NCBI GenBank assembly: GCA_034422735.1
Contig: DAOUJL010000079.1
Coordinates: forward strand, 37,699-101,698
Origin: Dehalococcoidia bacterium
GTDB taxonomy: Bacteria > Chloroflexota > Dehalococcoidia > Lucifugimonadales > CATOSD01
Direction of reading: 5' to 3'
DNA: 64,000 nt
Position 1 is the stretch's first letter. Each line of letters opens with the position of its first letter. Below, one piece after another: positions 1 to 9,085 of the stretch. The notes under the pieces were generated by a model that made no database searches, was not told where the DNA came from, and saw only the letters and a program-made list of their open reading frames with translations. A program made the position numbers and the translations under genes.

Positions 1-2
1 TG

Positions 3-944
3 GACGCCTACCTGGACGGCCGCATTCCCCGCCGCACGCGCGGCGAGTTCGAGGCCGGCGTCAGGCAGGCGTGCGAACGCCTGGCTGCGCTGGGCGTCAC
101 GTCGGTGGTGGACGCCACGCCAACCAACTCCGTCGAGCGGTGGGAGACGTTCAGAACGCTGAGGGCCGGCGGCGTGCCGCTTCCCAGGATCACGATGATG
201 GCGGGCTACGACCACCTGGACGGCTTTGTCGCTGATGGGATGGGTTACCGCCACGGCGACGACACCCTGCGGCTCGGCCACGTGAAAATAATGCTGACGG
301 CGACGACGGGGGCGCTTCACCCGCAGCCGGAGGAGCTTGCAGCCATGGTAGCGCGGGCGCACGCGGCGGGGTTCCCGGTAGCGGTGCACGCGGTGGAGGC
401 CGAGGCCGTGGAGGCGGCGGCGCGGGCCATCGCCGAGGCGCCCCGGAAGCGGCCACTCCCGTTCGCAGACCGCATCGAGCACTGCTCCGAGTGCCCACCC
501 GACGTCTTGCAGTCGGTGAGGCGCGCGGGCGTGGCCGTGTGCACGCAGCCCGCGTTCGTGCATTACCGGGGTGACAAGTACCTGTCAGAGGTCCCGGAGG
601 ATGCGCAGCCGTGGCTCTACGCGATGCGCTCGCTGCTGGACGCGGGCGTGCCCGTGTCGGCCGGATCCGACGCGCCGGTCGTGGAGCCTGCTCCGATGGT
701 GGGACTGGCGGCCGCGGTGACACGCCGCACACGGGAAGGACGGCAGGTCGCGCCTGGGCAGGCGGTGACGCCGATGGAGGCGCTGCGGGCGTACACGCTG
801 GGCGCGGCACGGGCGTCAGGCATGGGCCGCGCCGTAGGCTCAATCGAGGTGGGCAAGCTGGCGGACTTCGCGCTGCTGGATGCGGACCCGACCGCGGTTG
901 CGGCCGAGGAAATAGCGGGAATCAGGGCGCGGGCGGTGCGGTAG
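3..944 (+). CDS. Amidohydrolase family 3 (YtcJ-like) metal-dependent hydrolase, 5' truncated by window edge
   Basis: Frame is open from base 3 (DAYLDGRIPRR...). Motifs VAVHAVE, RIEHCS, SAGSDAPV and GSIEVGKLADF are typical of amidohydrolase_3. Confidence 0.85.
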   Translation, partial: DAYLDGRIPRRTRGEFEAGVRQACERLAALGVTSVVDATPTNSVERWETFRTLRAGGVPLPRITMMAGYDHLDGFVADGMGYRHGDDTLRLGHVKIMLTATTGALHPQPEELAAMVARAHAAGFPVAVHAVEAEAVEAAARAIAEAPRKRPLPFADRIEHCSECPPDVLQSVRRAGVAVCTQPAFVHYRGDKYLSEVPEDAQPWLYAMRSLLDAGVPVSAGSDAPVVEPAPMVGLAAAVTRRTREGRQVAPGQAVTPMEALRAYTLGAARASGMGRAVGSIEVGKLADFALLDADPTAVAAEEIAGIRARAVR

Positions 945-957
945 GCGGGACTACGCG

Positions 958-1926
958 CTAGGCGCGCATGGCGTTGACGTAGTCGACGAGCTCGTCGAGA
1001 GAGGCGCGGGCCGGGGTATCGGGGAGGGCGTCGAGCTGGCGGCGGGCGGCCCGGCAGTAGTCGGAGGCGACGGCGTAGGACTCCTCGATCGCGGTGGAAC
1101 CTACGATGTACTCCACGGCGAGCCTCAGGTCTCGCTCGCCGCCGGGGCCGTCCAGCAGCGCCCGCACCGGGTTGTCGTCGGGCTGGTTGCGCAGGGCCAC
1201 CATTACCGGAAGCGTGACCGTGCCGTGGGACAGGTCGTTGCCGACAGGCTTGCCCACGTCCTCCTCCGACGCCTCGAAGTCCAGGATGTCGTCCATTATC
1301 TGGAAGGCCATGCCCAGATTGTAGCCGTAGTCCCTCAGCGCCGACACCTGGTCGCCCGGCGCGCCGCTCAGAATCGCCCCGGACTGGCAGGCGGTTGTGA
1401 ACAGCGACGCGGTCTTGTTGTAGATGCGCTCCAGGTACTGCTCCATCGTCTGGCCGCCGTTGTAGGCCTCCGACATCTCCTGCAACTCGCCGGTGGAAAG
1501 CTCCATGATCGTCTCGGAGAATCTGCGTATCACGCGGATGTCGCCGGTATCGCAGACGTAGGTGGCGGACTTGGCGAAGATGTAGTCTCCGGCGAGAACG
1601 GCGGCGTTGCGGCCCCACAGGCTGTTGAGGGTGGCCCTGCCGCGCCGGACGCTGGAGCTGTCCACGGTGTCGTCGTGGACAAGCGTGGCGATGTGCAGCG
1701 CCTCTACCGCCGTCGCCATGATCTCCGTAACGCGATGGTCGTGGTCGTGGAACGAGGACGACAGCAGCGTGAGCGCGGGACGCATCCGTTTGCCGACGGT
1801 GTCGAAGACGTGGGAGAGCAGCTTTGCGAGGAAGTCGGAGCGTATCTCCGGCATCGCCCTGAGGCTTTGCTCCACGCGGGCCAGCCGCTCTTCGATGGGC
1901 GCGTAGATAGTGGTGGCTACTTGCAA
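958..1926 (-). CDS. Polyprenyl diphosphate synthase (HepT/IspB-like)
   Basis: GKRMRP motif, first Asp-rich motif LVHDDTVD..RRG, second motif FQIMDDILD. Confidence 0.93.
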   Translation of the reverse strand: MQVATTIYAPIEERLARVEQSLRAMPEIRSDFLAKLLSHVFDTVGKRMRPALTLLSSSFHDHDHRVTEIMATAVEALHIATLVHDDTVDSSSVRRGRATLNSLWGRNAAVLAGDYIFAKSATYVCDTGDIRVIRRFSETIMELSTGELQEMSEAYNGGQTMEQYLERIYNKTASLFTTACQSGAILSGAPGDQVSALRDYGYNLGMAFQIMDDILDFEASEEDVGKPVGNDLSHGTVTLPVMVALRNQPDDNPVRALLDGPGGERDLRLAVEYIVGSTAIEESYAVASDYCRAARRQLDALPDTPARASLDELVDYVNAMRA

Positions 1927-1947
1927 AGTCAGCTTTCCGGCGGTGGC

Positions 1948-3615
1948 TTACGCGCCAAGCCGCTGCGTCTCGGACTCCGCGAGCGCCTCGTCGAGCTTGG
2001 CGAACAGCGGCTCAGGCCGGCCGATTCGCCTTCCGGGGACCGTCGCCGCCGGGTCCCAGGCCCAGCCGGCATCTTTCACGGTTCCCTCGAATCCGAGCAT
2101 GGTGTGGACGCGTTCCGAGCTGAACGGTATGTAAGGGTAGAGCAGCGTCTTCAGGCAGTCGATGACGGCGAGGCCGGTCCAGAGCGCGGCGCCGGCCTTC
2201 GCCTTGTCCTCGCGGACGGCGCGCCAGGGCGCGGCCTGTTCGAGATAGCGGTTGGCCGCCTGGGCCAGTCCCATGGCGGTGTTGAGTGCGAGCCTGAGAC
2301 GCACGGCCTCGAGACTGGCGGTGGCCTGCGCGAAGCGTTCGCGCGCCTCGTCCAGCAGGGCGGCGCTCGCCTCGTCTGGTTCGCCCGGCTCGGGCACCAC
2401 GCCGTCGAAGTTGCGGCTAACCATGGTCATCACGCGATGGACCAGGTTCCCGTAGGTTGCCACCAACTCGTCGTTGTTGCGCCTGACGTACTCGCGCCAC
2501 GAGAAGTCGGAGTCGCTCGTCTCCGGCATACCCGCCGCGATCACGTAGCGGAGCGGGTCGGGGTCGTAGCGGTCCAGGTACTCCGGCAGCCAGATGGCCC
2601 AGTTGCGGCTTGTGGAAAGCTTGAAGCCCTCCAGGTTCATGTACTCGTTGGCGGGCACGTCATAGGGCAGGTCAAGCCCGCCGTAGCCGAGCAGCAATGC
2701 GGGCCAGATGATGGTGTGGAAGGGTATGTTGTCCTTGCCCATGAAGTAGTACGAGCGGCTCTCGCCCTTCCAGAAGTCCTCCCAGCGATCCGGCTCGCCG
2801 CGGTTCTTGGCCCACTCGATTGATGCGGACAGGTAGCCGATGACCGCCTCGAACCAGACGTAGATGCGCTTGCCGTCGTAGCCATCCAGCGGCAGCGGAA
2901 CGCCCCAGTCGATGTCTCGCGTGATGGCGCGGTCGCGGAGGCCGCCCTCCAGGAACGCGATGGTGAAGTTCTTGACGTTCGACTTCCAGTGCTCCTGCTT
3001 GCGCGCCCACTCCAGCAGCGTGTCCTCGAAGCCGACCAGCTTCAGGAAGAAGTGCTCGGTCTCGGCGAACTCCGGGGTGCTGCCGCAGATGCGGCAAGCG
3101 ATGCTCTTCAGGTCGCGCGGGTCTAGGGTGCGCCCGCAGTTGTCGCACTGGTCGCCGCGCGCGCCGTCGAAATCGCAGTGGGGGCACACGCCCTCGACGT
3201 AGCGGTCGGCCAGGAAGCGGTCTTCCGAGTCGCAGTAGGGCATCTCCATCGTGCTCTTGTAGATGTGGCCTCGCTCGTATAGACGGGAGAAGATATCCTG
3301 GGCGACGTTTTGGTGGTTCTCGGTGTGTGTGGTGGTGAAGAGATCGAAGGTGATTCCGAACCTCTCCCAGTTGTCGAGAAACTCGGCCTGGTACTCCTCG
3401 TAGACCTGCTCCGGTGTGACGCCGCGCTGCTCTGCGGTGAGCGTCACGGGTGTCCCGTGAGCGTCGGAACCGGACACCATGAGCACCTCGCTGCCCTTCA
3501 TGCGGTGGTAGCGCGCGAAGATGTCGGCGGGCAGGTAGCAGCCGGCCACCTGGCCTATGTGAATCGAGCCGTTGGCGTAGGGCCACGCGACGGCTACGAG
3601 TATGCGCTCGGTCAT
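1948..3615 (-). CDS. metG: Methionyl-tRNA synthetase (short form without C-terminal dimerisation domain)
   Basis: WPYANGSIHIGQ (HIGH), zinc-knuckle CxxC pairs, YVWFEA, GKDNIPFH, KLSTS (KMSKS-like). Confidence 0.97.
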   Translation of the reverse strand: MTERILVAVAWPYANGSIHIGQVAGCYLPADIFARYHRMKGSEVLMVSGSDAHGTPVTLTAEQRGVTPEQVYEEYQAEFLDNWERFGITFDLFTTTHTENHQNVAQDIFSRLYERGHIYKSTMEMPYCDSEDRFLADRYVEGVCPHCDFDGARGDQCDNCGRTLDPRDLKSIACRICGSTPEFAETEHFFLKLVGFEDTLLEWARKQEHWKSNVKNFTIAFLEGGLRDRAITRDIDWGVPLPLDGYDGKRIYVWFEAVIGYLSASIEWAKNRGEPDRWEDFWKGESRSYYFMGKDNIPFHTIIWPALLLGYGGLDLPYDVPANEYMNLEGFKLSTSRNWAIWLPEYLDRYDPDPLRYVIAAGMPETSDSDFSWREYVRRNNDELVATYGNLVHRVMTMVSRNFDGVVPEPGEPDEASAALLDEARERFAQATASLEAVRLRLALNTAMGLAQAANRYLEQAAPWRAVREDKAKAGAALWTGLAVIDCLKTLLYPYIPFSSERVHTMLGFEGTVKDAGWAWDPAATVPGRRIGRPEPLFAKLDEALAESETQRLGA

Positions 3616-3661
3616 GGGCTTCCCCGCGGTTCCGGATCGATTGCTAATGTTATCACAAACG

Positions 3662-4492
3662 CTAGCTGTCTTGGCCGGACTCCAGCCAGAGCCTGTAGGC
3701 GGCGCTGCGGCTGATGCCGCACTCGGACGCGGCGCGGGTGGTGGCGTCCCGCGCGCTCGCGCCCTCCGCCCGCAGTTGAGACAGCAGGCGGCGCGCGGCG
3801 TCCTCGCGGCCGGCGTCGTCCGCCTCGCTCTCTGGAGCGCCCTCGATGACCAGCGTGAACTCGCCGCGCGGCCCGGCGAAGTGGGCCAGCGCCTGGGAGA
3901 GCGTGCCCCTGAACGTCTCCTCGTGCAGCTTGGTCAACTCGCGGCACACGGCGACGTCGCGGTCGCCCAGAGCGTCCAGCGCGTCCTGGAGAGCGGCGCG
4001 CAGCCGGTGCGGCGTCTCGAAGGCGACCAGGGGAGCGGGGTTGCGCGCCAGCGATTCCAGCAGCCGCCTGCGGTCCGAGGCGCGGCGCGGCAGGAAGCCC
4101 AGGTGCGTGAACGTCGGCGCGGCTATGCCGGACACGGCCAGCGCGGCCGTCACCGCCGACGCTCCGGGTACGACGACGACGGAAGCGCCGGCCGCCGATG
4201 CCTCCCTTGCCAGCCGCTGGCCGGGATCGTTGACCGCGGGCATACCGGCGTCCGTGACCAGCGCCACGTCGCCCTCGCCCAGCGCGTCCAGCACGGCGCG
4301 CAGGCGGGCGGGGCCGCTGTGCTCATGGTAGCTGACCAGCGGGGTGTCGATGGCGTAGCGGACGAGCAGGCGGCGCGTGACGCGGGTGTCCTCCGCCGCG
4401 ATCAGGCTCACCTCGCCCAGTATCCTGAGCGCCCGCAGCGTGACGTCCTCGAGGTTGCCTATGGGTGTGCCTACGATGTACAGGGTTCGCAT
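3662..4492 (-). CDS. rsmI: 16S rRNA (cytidine1402-2'-O)-methyltransferase
   Basis: LYIVGTPIGNLEDVTLRAL, AEDTR, DAGMPAVNDPG, RELTKLHEE. Start placed at ATG 4492; the ORF-track N-terminal extension is non-homologous. Confidence 0.95.
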   Translation of the reverse strand: MRTLYIVGTPIGNLEDVTLRALRILGEVSLIAAEDTRVTRRLLVRYAIDTPLVSYHEHSGPARLRAVLDALGEGDVALVTDAGMPAVNDPGQRLAREASAAGASVVVVPGASAVTAALAVSGIAAPTFTHLGFLPRRASDRRRLLESLARNPAPLVAFETPHRLRAALQDALDALGDRDVAVCRELTKLHEETFRGTLSQALAHFAGPRGEFTLVIEGAPESEADDAGREDAARRLLSQLRAEGASARDATTRAASECGISRSAAYRLWLESGQDS

Positions 4493-4619
4493 TCTGCTAT
4501 GTCCGCAGCGTACCTGTTGAGACTCCGAATTGTGCGCCATGCGATTCGTCCGGGCAAGGTCGTCCGCGTCGTCCGTTCGCCATATTGCCCGGCAACGTCC
4601 CCCGGACGCTCCAACGCAC

Positions 4620-5102
4620 ATCCCAACCGCACTCCCTCGCCCACACCCGGCTCAGTCGCTCCCCCGTACCCCGAAAATTCCGTAACTTTCCCGCGCCACG
4701 CGTTCCCCAGCCCTGCCTCTGCCAACCCCACGCACGCCCACCTCGTCCCCACGTCTGCGCCATTTCTCCCCACCAAACCGCCCCCATACCCACATTTTCA
4801 CTAAGGCCATTGCAATACACGTACATCCGTGCTAACCTCGGCCGTGTGAGGGACTGACCCCACGGCCCGCAAATCCTGCCCTCAATCGGGATTATGCCCC
4901 AGGCATCCGGCGGAACGCCCCTTCCAGGCGCCCTCCGGCGGCGAAGACACGGCCGGTCGGCCCGTCCGTCCCCTGTCCTCTTCTGCCACGCGGCGGGACA
5001 CTTTTGCTATGAATTGTCCCCTCCGGCATTACAGAACTGAGCAGGGCCACCGACGGTCCCAGCTACGAATCGCACAGAATGTCGCAGAATCTAACAGAAT
5101 TC
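4620..5102 (+). repeat. Divergent copy (A) of dispersed non-coding element: C-rich tract, promoter, CCCAGCTACG and 10-bp array
   Basis: CCCCGAAAATTCCGTAACTTTCCCGCGCCAC matches the tract near 39520-39555. CCCAGCTACG at 5058-5067. GAAT at 5067, 5077, 5087 and 5097. No terminal inverted repeats recognised. Confidence 0.7.
4810..4838 (+). promoter_or_regulatory. sigma70-like promoter inside element copy A
   Basis: TTGCAA-N17-TAACCT with an extended -10 TG; same position as the promoters in copies B, C and D. Confidence 0.5.
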
Positions 5103-5133
5103 GCCCTCCCGCTTTCCCAGCCACACCTGAATT

Positions 5134-5161
5134 CGTCATTCCCGCGAAAGCGGGAATCCAG
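5134..5161. repeat. CGTC-tagged REP-like palindrome (dRS3-like ATTCCC-N8-GGGAAT)
   Basis: CGTCATTCCCGCGAAAGCGGGAATCCAG is seen directly. Confidence 0.8.
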
Positions 5162-5306
5162 TGGAGGTTGGACACTCCGAAGCGAAGCCACCGGGTAATC
5201 TGACACAGCCTCAATGGCTGGGAGGAAGTGGCAGTGTAGCGGTGCAAAGGTCGGATTGGGTATATTGGATGAATACCGAGTGCAAGTGAGTATCTGAGGA
5301 GTCGGC

Positions 5307-6881
5307 ATGAACGACGCGGGCGACAAGAACAGGACCCAGTGGACGGACGCCCGCAAACACTTCCTGTGGGGCGCCCTGGGTGCCGTCGGGATGGCGCTGT
5401 TCACGTTTGCGGTGCGGTCGGTGGTGAGCGCGCAGTCGGTGCTGGAGCTCGCCGCGGACTGGTTCACCATGCACCTGCCGCCGGATCTGTTCGACCTGCT
5501 GCTGGAGAACCTGCTGTTCAACGCTAAGCCGCTGATGTTCGCCGGACTGGTCGTAGCGCAGGTGATCGCTGGCGGCGCGCTGGCGGCGCTGTACGGTCGT
5601 TACGCCGCTGGCCGCGCCACGTCGGAACTGCTGGTGTGGGTGTACGCGCTGGGCTTCGGCCTCGCGCTGTGGCTGGCGGCGCAGCTTGTGCTCGTGCCGC
5701 TGTTCGGCGGCGGGTTCTTCGGCGCGGGCGTAGTGGGCGGCGCCGTCGGGTTCCAGTTGACCTCGATAGGCTCGGCTCTCGTGTACGCGCTGGTTATCGG
5801 CTTCTTCTTCTCGGGCGAGACGCAGGGCGCAACCGAAGGCGCGGGAGCGTCGTCTGGGACGTCGGACAGGCGGGCCTTTCTCAAGAAGGCGGGCGTGTGG
5901 GCCGCCGTCATCGCTGGGGTCGCAATCGGCCTGAAGCTGGCGACGGACAGGCTCGGCGGGCAGATGGGATCGAGCGGATCCTTCCGCACACAGGGCGTGC
6001 TGTCCACCGAGGTGACGCCGAACGACGAGTTCTACATCGTCTCCAAGAACTTCATCGACCCGGAGGTGAAGGAGCAGGGCTGGATCCTGGAAATCGACGG
6101 GCAGGTGGAGGTTCCGCACTGGGTCGACTACCAGCAACTCATTTCGATGCCGTCGGTGGAGGAGTACGTGACTCTGGAGTGCATCAGCAACCTGGTGGGC
6201 GGCGATCTGATAAGCAACGCGAAGTGGACGGGCGTGCCGCTGCGCGCCTTCCTGGAGCGGGCCAGGCTGAAGCCGAGCGTGGTCGACATCGCCTTTCACG
6301 CCCAGGACGGCTACAGCGAGAGCATACCGCTGGAGATGGCGATGCGGGACGAGGTGATGGTGGCGTACCAGATGAACGGCGAACCGCTGCCGAGCAAGCA
6401 CGGCTTCCCGGCGAGGCTGATCGTTCCGGGCTTCTTCGGGCTGAAGCACGTGAAGTGGCTGACCAAGATCGAGCCGGTGGTGCACGACTTCCGAGGCTAC
6501 TGGCAGCAGCGGGGCTGGACGGACGTGCCGTGGGTGAAGACGTTCTCGCGCATCGACGTGCCGGCTCACACTTCGGTGATCGAGAGCGGGACCGTGTCGC
6601 TGGGCGGCGTTGCGTTCGCGGGCGACAGGGGCATCGCGAACGTCGAGGTGAGCCTGGACGACGGCGCGACGTGGACGCCGGCCGACAGCATCAGCGAGCC
6701 GCTGTCACCGTACACCTGGGTCATCTGGCGGGCCGAGCTGCCCGTTCCCGGCGCGGCGGAGTTCGGCGTCCGCGTGCGCGCCACCGACGGCGCGGGCGAC
6801 GTGCAGACCGCCGAGGTACGCAAGTCCCTGCCCAGCGGCGCCACAGGCCACCACGCCATACGCCTAACGGCAGGCGCGTAG
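5307..6881 (+). CDS. Sulfite-oxidase-family molybdopterin oxidoreductase with polytopic N-terminal membrane domain
   Basis: About 4 hydrophobic helices, an internal DRRAFLK twin-arginine motif, then the Mo domain (TPNDEFY, TLECISN, HGFPARLIVPG, KHVKWL) and the Ig-like dimer domain (GGVAFAG). Confidence 0.9.
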   Translation: MNDAGDKNRTQWTDARKHFLWGALGAVGMALFTFAVRSVVSAQSVLELAADWFTMHLPPDLFDLLLENLLFNAKPLMFAGLVVAQVIAGGALAALYGRYAAGRATSELLVWVYALGFGLALWLAAQLVLVPLFGGGFFGAGVVGGAVGFQLTSIGSALVYALVIGFFFSGETQGATEGAGASSGTSDRRAFLKKAGVWAAVIAGVAIGLKLATDRLGGQMGSSGSFRTQGVLSTEVTPNDEFYIVSKNFIDPEVKEQGWILEIDGQVEVPHWVDYQQLISMPSVEEYVTLECISNLVGGDLISNAKWTGVPLRAFLERARLKPSVVDIAFHAQDGYSESIPLEMAMRDEVMVAYQMNGEPLPSKHGFPARLIVPGFFGLKHVKWLTKIEPVVHDFRGYWQQRGWTDVPWVKTFSRIDVPAHTSVIESGTVSLGGVAFAGDRGIANVEVSLDDGATWTPADSISEPLSPYTWVIWRAELPVPGAAEFGVRVRATDGAGDVQTAEVRKSLPSGATGHHAIRLTAGA

Positions 6882-7039
6882 TCGCATACGCTGGAGGACG
6901 GCTGGCTGATGCAAGGGCGGAGGGAAGTGCAAGACTCCGATTCTGGTCGAACGAATGCACTCCTAAGGAGGGTAGGACAGATACCTTCGGATAAAGGCGG
7001 GAAGCAGTTACGTAGGGTACGGATAGGAGAACAGACTAC

Positions 7040-7630
7040 ATGGGGATCATGAGCATAGCAGGCTTCTTCTTCCTCGTCATAGCGGCTCTGGTAACGACAC
7101 CCCTGGCGGCACTGCTCTGCGGAGCATTCGCATGGTGGCAGAAGAAGAGCATTTGGCGATTCGCGGCGGAGGGTGGTCTCAATGGCATCCTTGTACTGCC
7201 CTGGGTATTGGTGATGGTCAAGGCGAGAGGCCGTCCAGTCCCAATTGTCGCCTTGCTGATATACCTGCTCCCCTATGCCGTCTGGCTCGGCGTCTTTGCG
7301 GCTATCGCTCGTGGCATATTCTTTATATGGGAGTATACCCTCGGTACCGACACAGGATACGTGGCCCCCCAGGCCAACTTCGTCTCAGCAGCGCTGATGT
7401 CGATATTCCTTGGATGTTGCGCAGCCGTGAATGTCGGGACCCTGCTCCTCTCGGCAAGAGGCATATATAGACGTTACAGACAAGACAGAATCGACGGCCG
7501 ATTGCCAGAGTTGACGTACTACGCGCGGCCTTTCGTCTTCTCCTACATTTGGTTAGGTGCGCTGCTAGTACTTGGTCTTCTAGTAGCAGGGTACATGGTG
7601 AGCATTGGAGTGGACATACAAGGGTTCTAG
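7040..7630 (+). CDS. Hypothetical multi-pass membrane protein (lower GC)
   Basis: 196-aa ORF preceded by a GGAGA RBS, several hydrophobic segments, no recognisable family. Confidence 0.6.
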   Translation: MGIMSIAGFFFLVIAALVTTPLAALLCGAFAWWQKKSIWRFAAEGGLNGILVLPWVLVMVKARGRPVPIVALLIYLLPYAVWLGVFAAIARGIFFIWEYTLGTDTGYVAPQANFVSAALMSIFLGCCAAVNVGTLLLSARGIYRRYRQDRIDGRLPELTYYARPFVFSYIWLGALLVLGLLVAGYMVSIGVDIQGF

Positions 7631-7818
7631 TATTCGTTGAAATCGAGGCGCAGGGGGTTCTTTGACAACCGCTCCCCCGGGCAGGAACAATCGGGTCAGA
7701 AATTACTGGAATTCTGTCAACACTCCGTTGTCAATTTCTGCACACTTTGTCGTAGCTGACTCAGCTACAGGCGGGGCAGAGTTTGCACTTCCTGATAAGG
7801 GCGACCAGCGGGAGCGGG

Positions 7819-7848
7819 TTGTAAAGCGTTAGGCCGCATGGCTATAAT
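7819..7848 (+). promoter_or_regulatory. Putative sigma70 promoter of dnaJ-prmA
   Basis: TTGTAA-N18-TATAAT about 100 nt upstream of dnaJ. Confidence 0.55.
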
Positions 7849-7945
7849 TCGTGGGCGTGTGAAATGTCGCACAGACAAACCGTTGATGCCGTGTCGTGGT
7901 AAGCCTGTCGTCCGCCTGGGGCGCGGTTGGAAGCCTGGACCGTAG

Positions 7946-9079
7946 ATGACTACTCAGAAGCGAGACTATTACGAGGTGCTGGACGTCGCGCGCGGAGCCT
8001 CCGAGGAGGAGATCCGGCAGGCGTTTCGGAAGAAGGCGCTCGAATATCACCCCGACCGGAACAAGTCGGCGGACGCCACCGAGAAGTTCAAGGAGATCAA
8101 CGAGGCGTACCAGGTGCTCTCGGACGCCAAGAAGCGCGCCAGCTACGACCAGTTCGGCCACGCGGGCGTGACCGGCAACGGGGGCCGCGGCTTCGAAGGC
8201 TTCGACAACTTCGGCGGCTTCGGGGACATCTTCGACGCCTTCTTCGGGGGCGGCCCGACGACGACGCGGGCGAACGCGCCGCGGCGGGGCGCGGACCGCG
8301 AGATGGTGATCGACCTGTCGTTCGACGAGGCGGTCTTCGGCGTGGGCAGAGAGATCGACGTCGGGCGCATCGAGGTGTGCGGGAAGTGCCGCGGAAGCCG
8401 GAGCGCGCCGGGCAGCACGCCGTCCATGTGCGCCAACTGCAACGGGCAGGGCCGGATTCGCCGGTCGCAACAGGGCATATTCGGACACTTCAGCCAGGTC
8501 ATGACGTGCGGCTCGTGCCAGGGCGAGGGCAAGGTGATCTCGGACCCCTGCGAGAACTGCCGAGGCGCCGGGCGTGAGCAGAGGCGGCGCAAGCTGGAAG
8601 TGTCGGTGCCCGCCGGCGTGGACTCCGGCACGCAGATTCGGCTGAGCGGCGAAGGCGACCACGGCGCGAACGGCGGGCGTCCGGGCGACCTGTACGTGTC
8701 GCTGCGAGTGAGCCCGCACGAGTTCTTCGAGCGGGACGGCAACGACATCCTGTACGCGATGCGCATCAACGTGGCCCAGGCAGCGCTGGGGGCCGACCTG
8801 AAGGCGCCGACGCTGGAGGAAGACGACGGCCTGCAGGTGAGCATTCCGGCCGGCATTCAGAGCGGCGAAGTGCTGCGCTACAAGGGCAAAGGAGTGCCTC
8901 ATCTGCGCCGGAACAGGCGGGGCGACCAGCTCGTGCAGGTGATCGTCGATACCCCCAAGTCGCTCAACGACGAGCAGGTGAGGCTGTTCCGCGAGCTGGC
9001 TCTGAGCTTTGGCGTCGACGCGCCGGAGAGGGACAAGGGCTGGCTTCGCAAGATCAAGGATGCCCTTGCAGGCAGCTAG
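7946..9079 (+). CDS. dnaJ: Chaperone DnaJ
   Basis: J-domain with HPD, G/F-rich region, four CxxCxGxG repeats, C-terminal domain. Confidence 0.98.
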   Translation: MTTQKRDYYEVLDVARGASEEEIRQAFRKKALEYHPDRNKSADATEKFKEINEAYQVLSDAKKRASYDQFGHAGVTGNGGRGFEGFDNFGGFGDIFDAFFGGGPTTTRANAPRRGADREMVIDLSFDEAVFGVGREIDVGRIEVCGKCRGSRSAPGSTPSMCANCNGQGRIRRSQQGIFGHFSQVMTCGSCQGEGKVISDPCENCRGAGREQRRRKLEVSVPAGVDSGTQIRLSGEGDHGANGGRPGDLYVSLRVSPHEFFERDGNDILYAMRINVAQAALGADLKAPTLEEDDGLQVSIPAGIQSGEVLRYKGKGVPHLRRNRRGDQLVQVIVDTPKSLNDEQVRLFRELALSFGVDAPERDKGWLRKIKDALAGS

Positions 9080-9085
9080 GCGCCG

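Noticed and set aside
1948-3615. MetRS lacking the C-terminal tRNA-binding domain
   Set aside because: Short monomeric MetRS forms are common and well known.
5058-5102. Short periodic arrays as a possible CRISPR or minisatellite
   Set aside because: The period is only 10 bp, with 3-4 imperfect units and no unique spacers; there are no cas genes.
7630-7946. CIRCE (HrcA operator) upstream of dnaJ
   Set aside because: No TTAGCACTC-N9-GAGTGCTAA-like inverted repeat was found.
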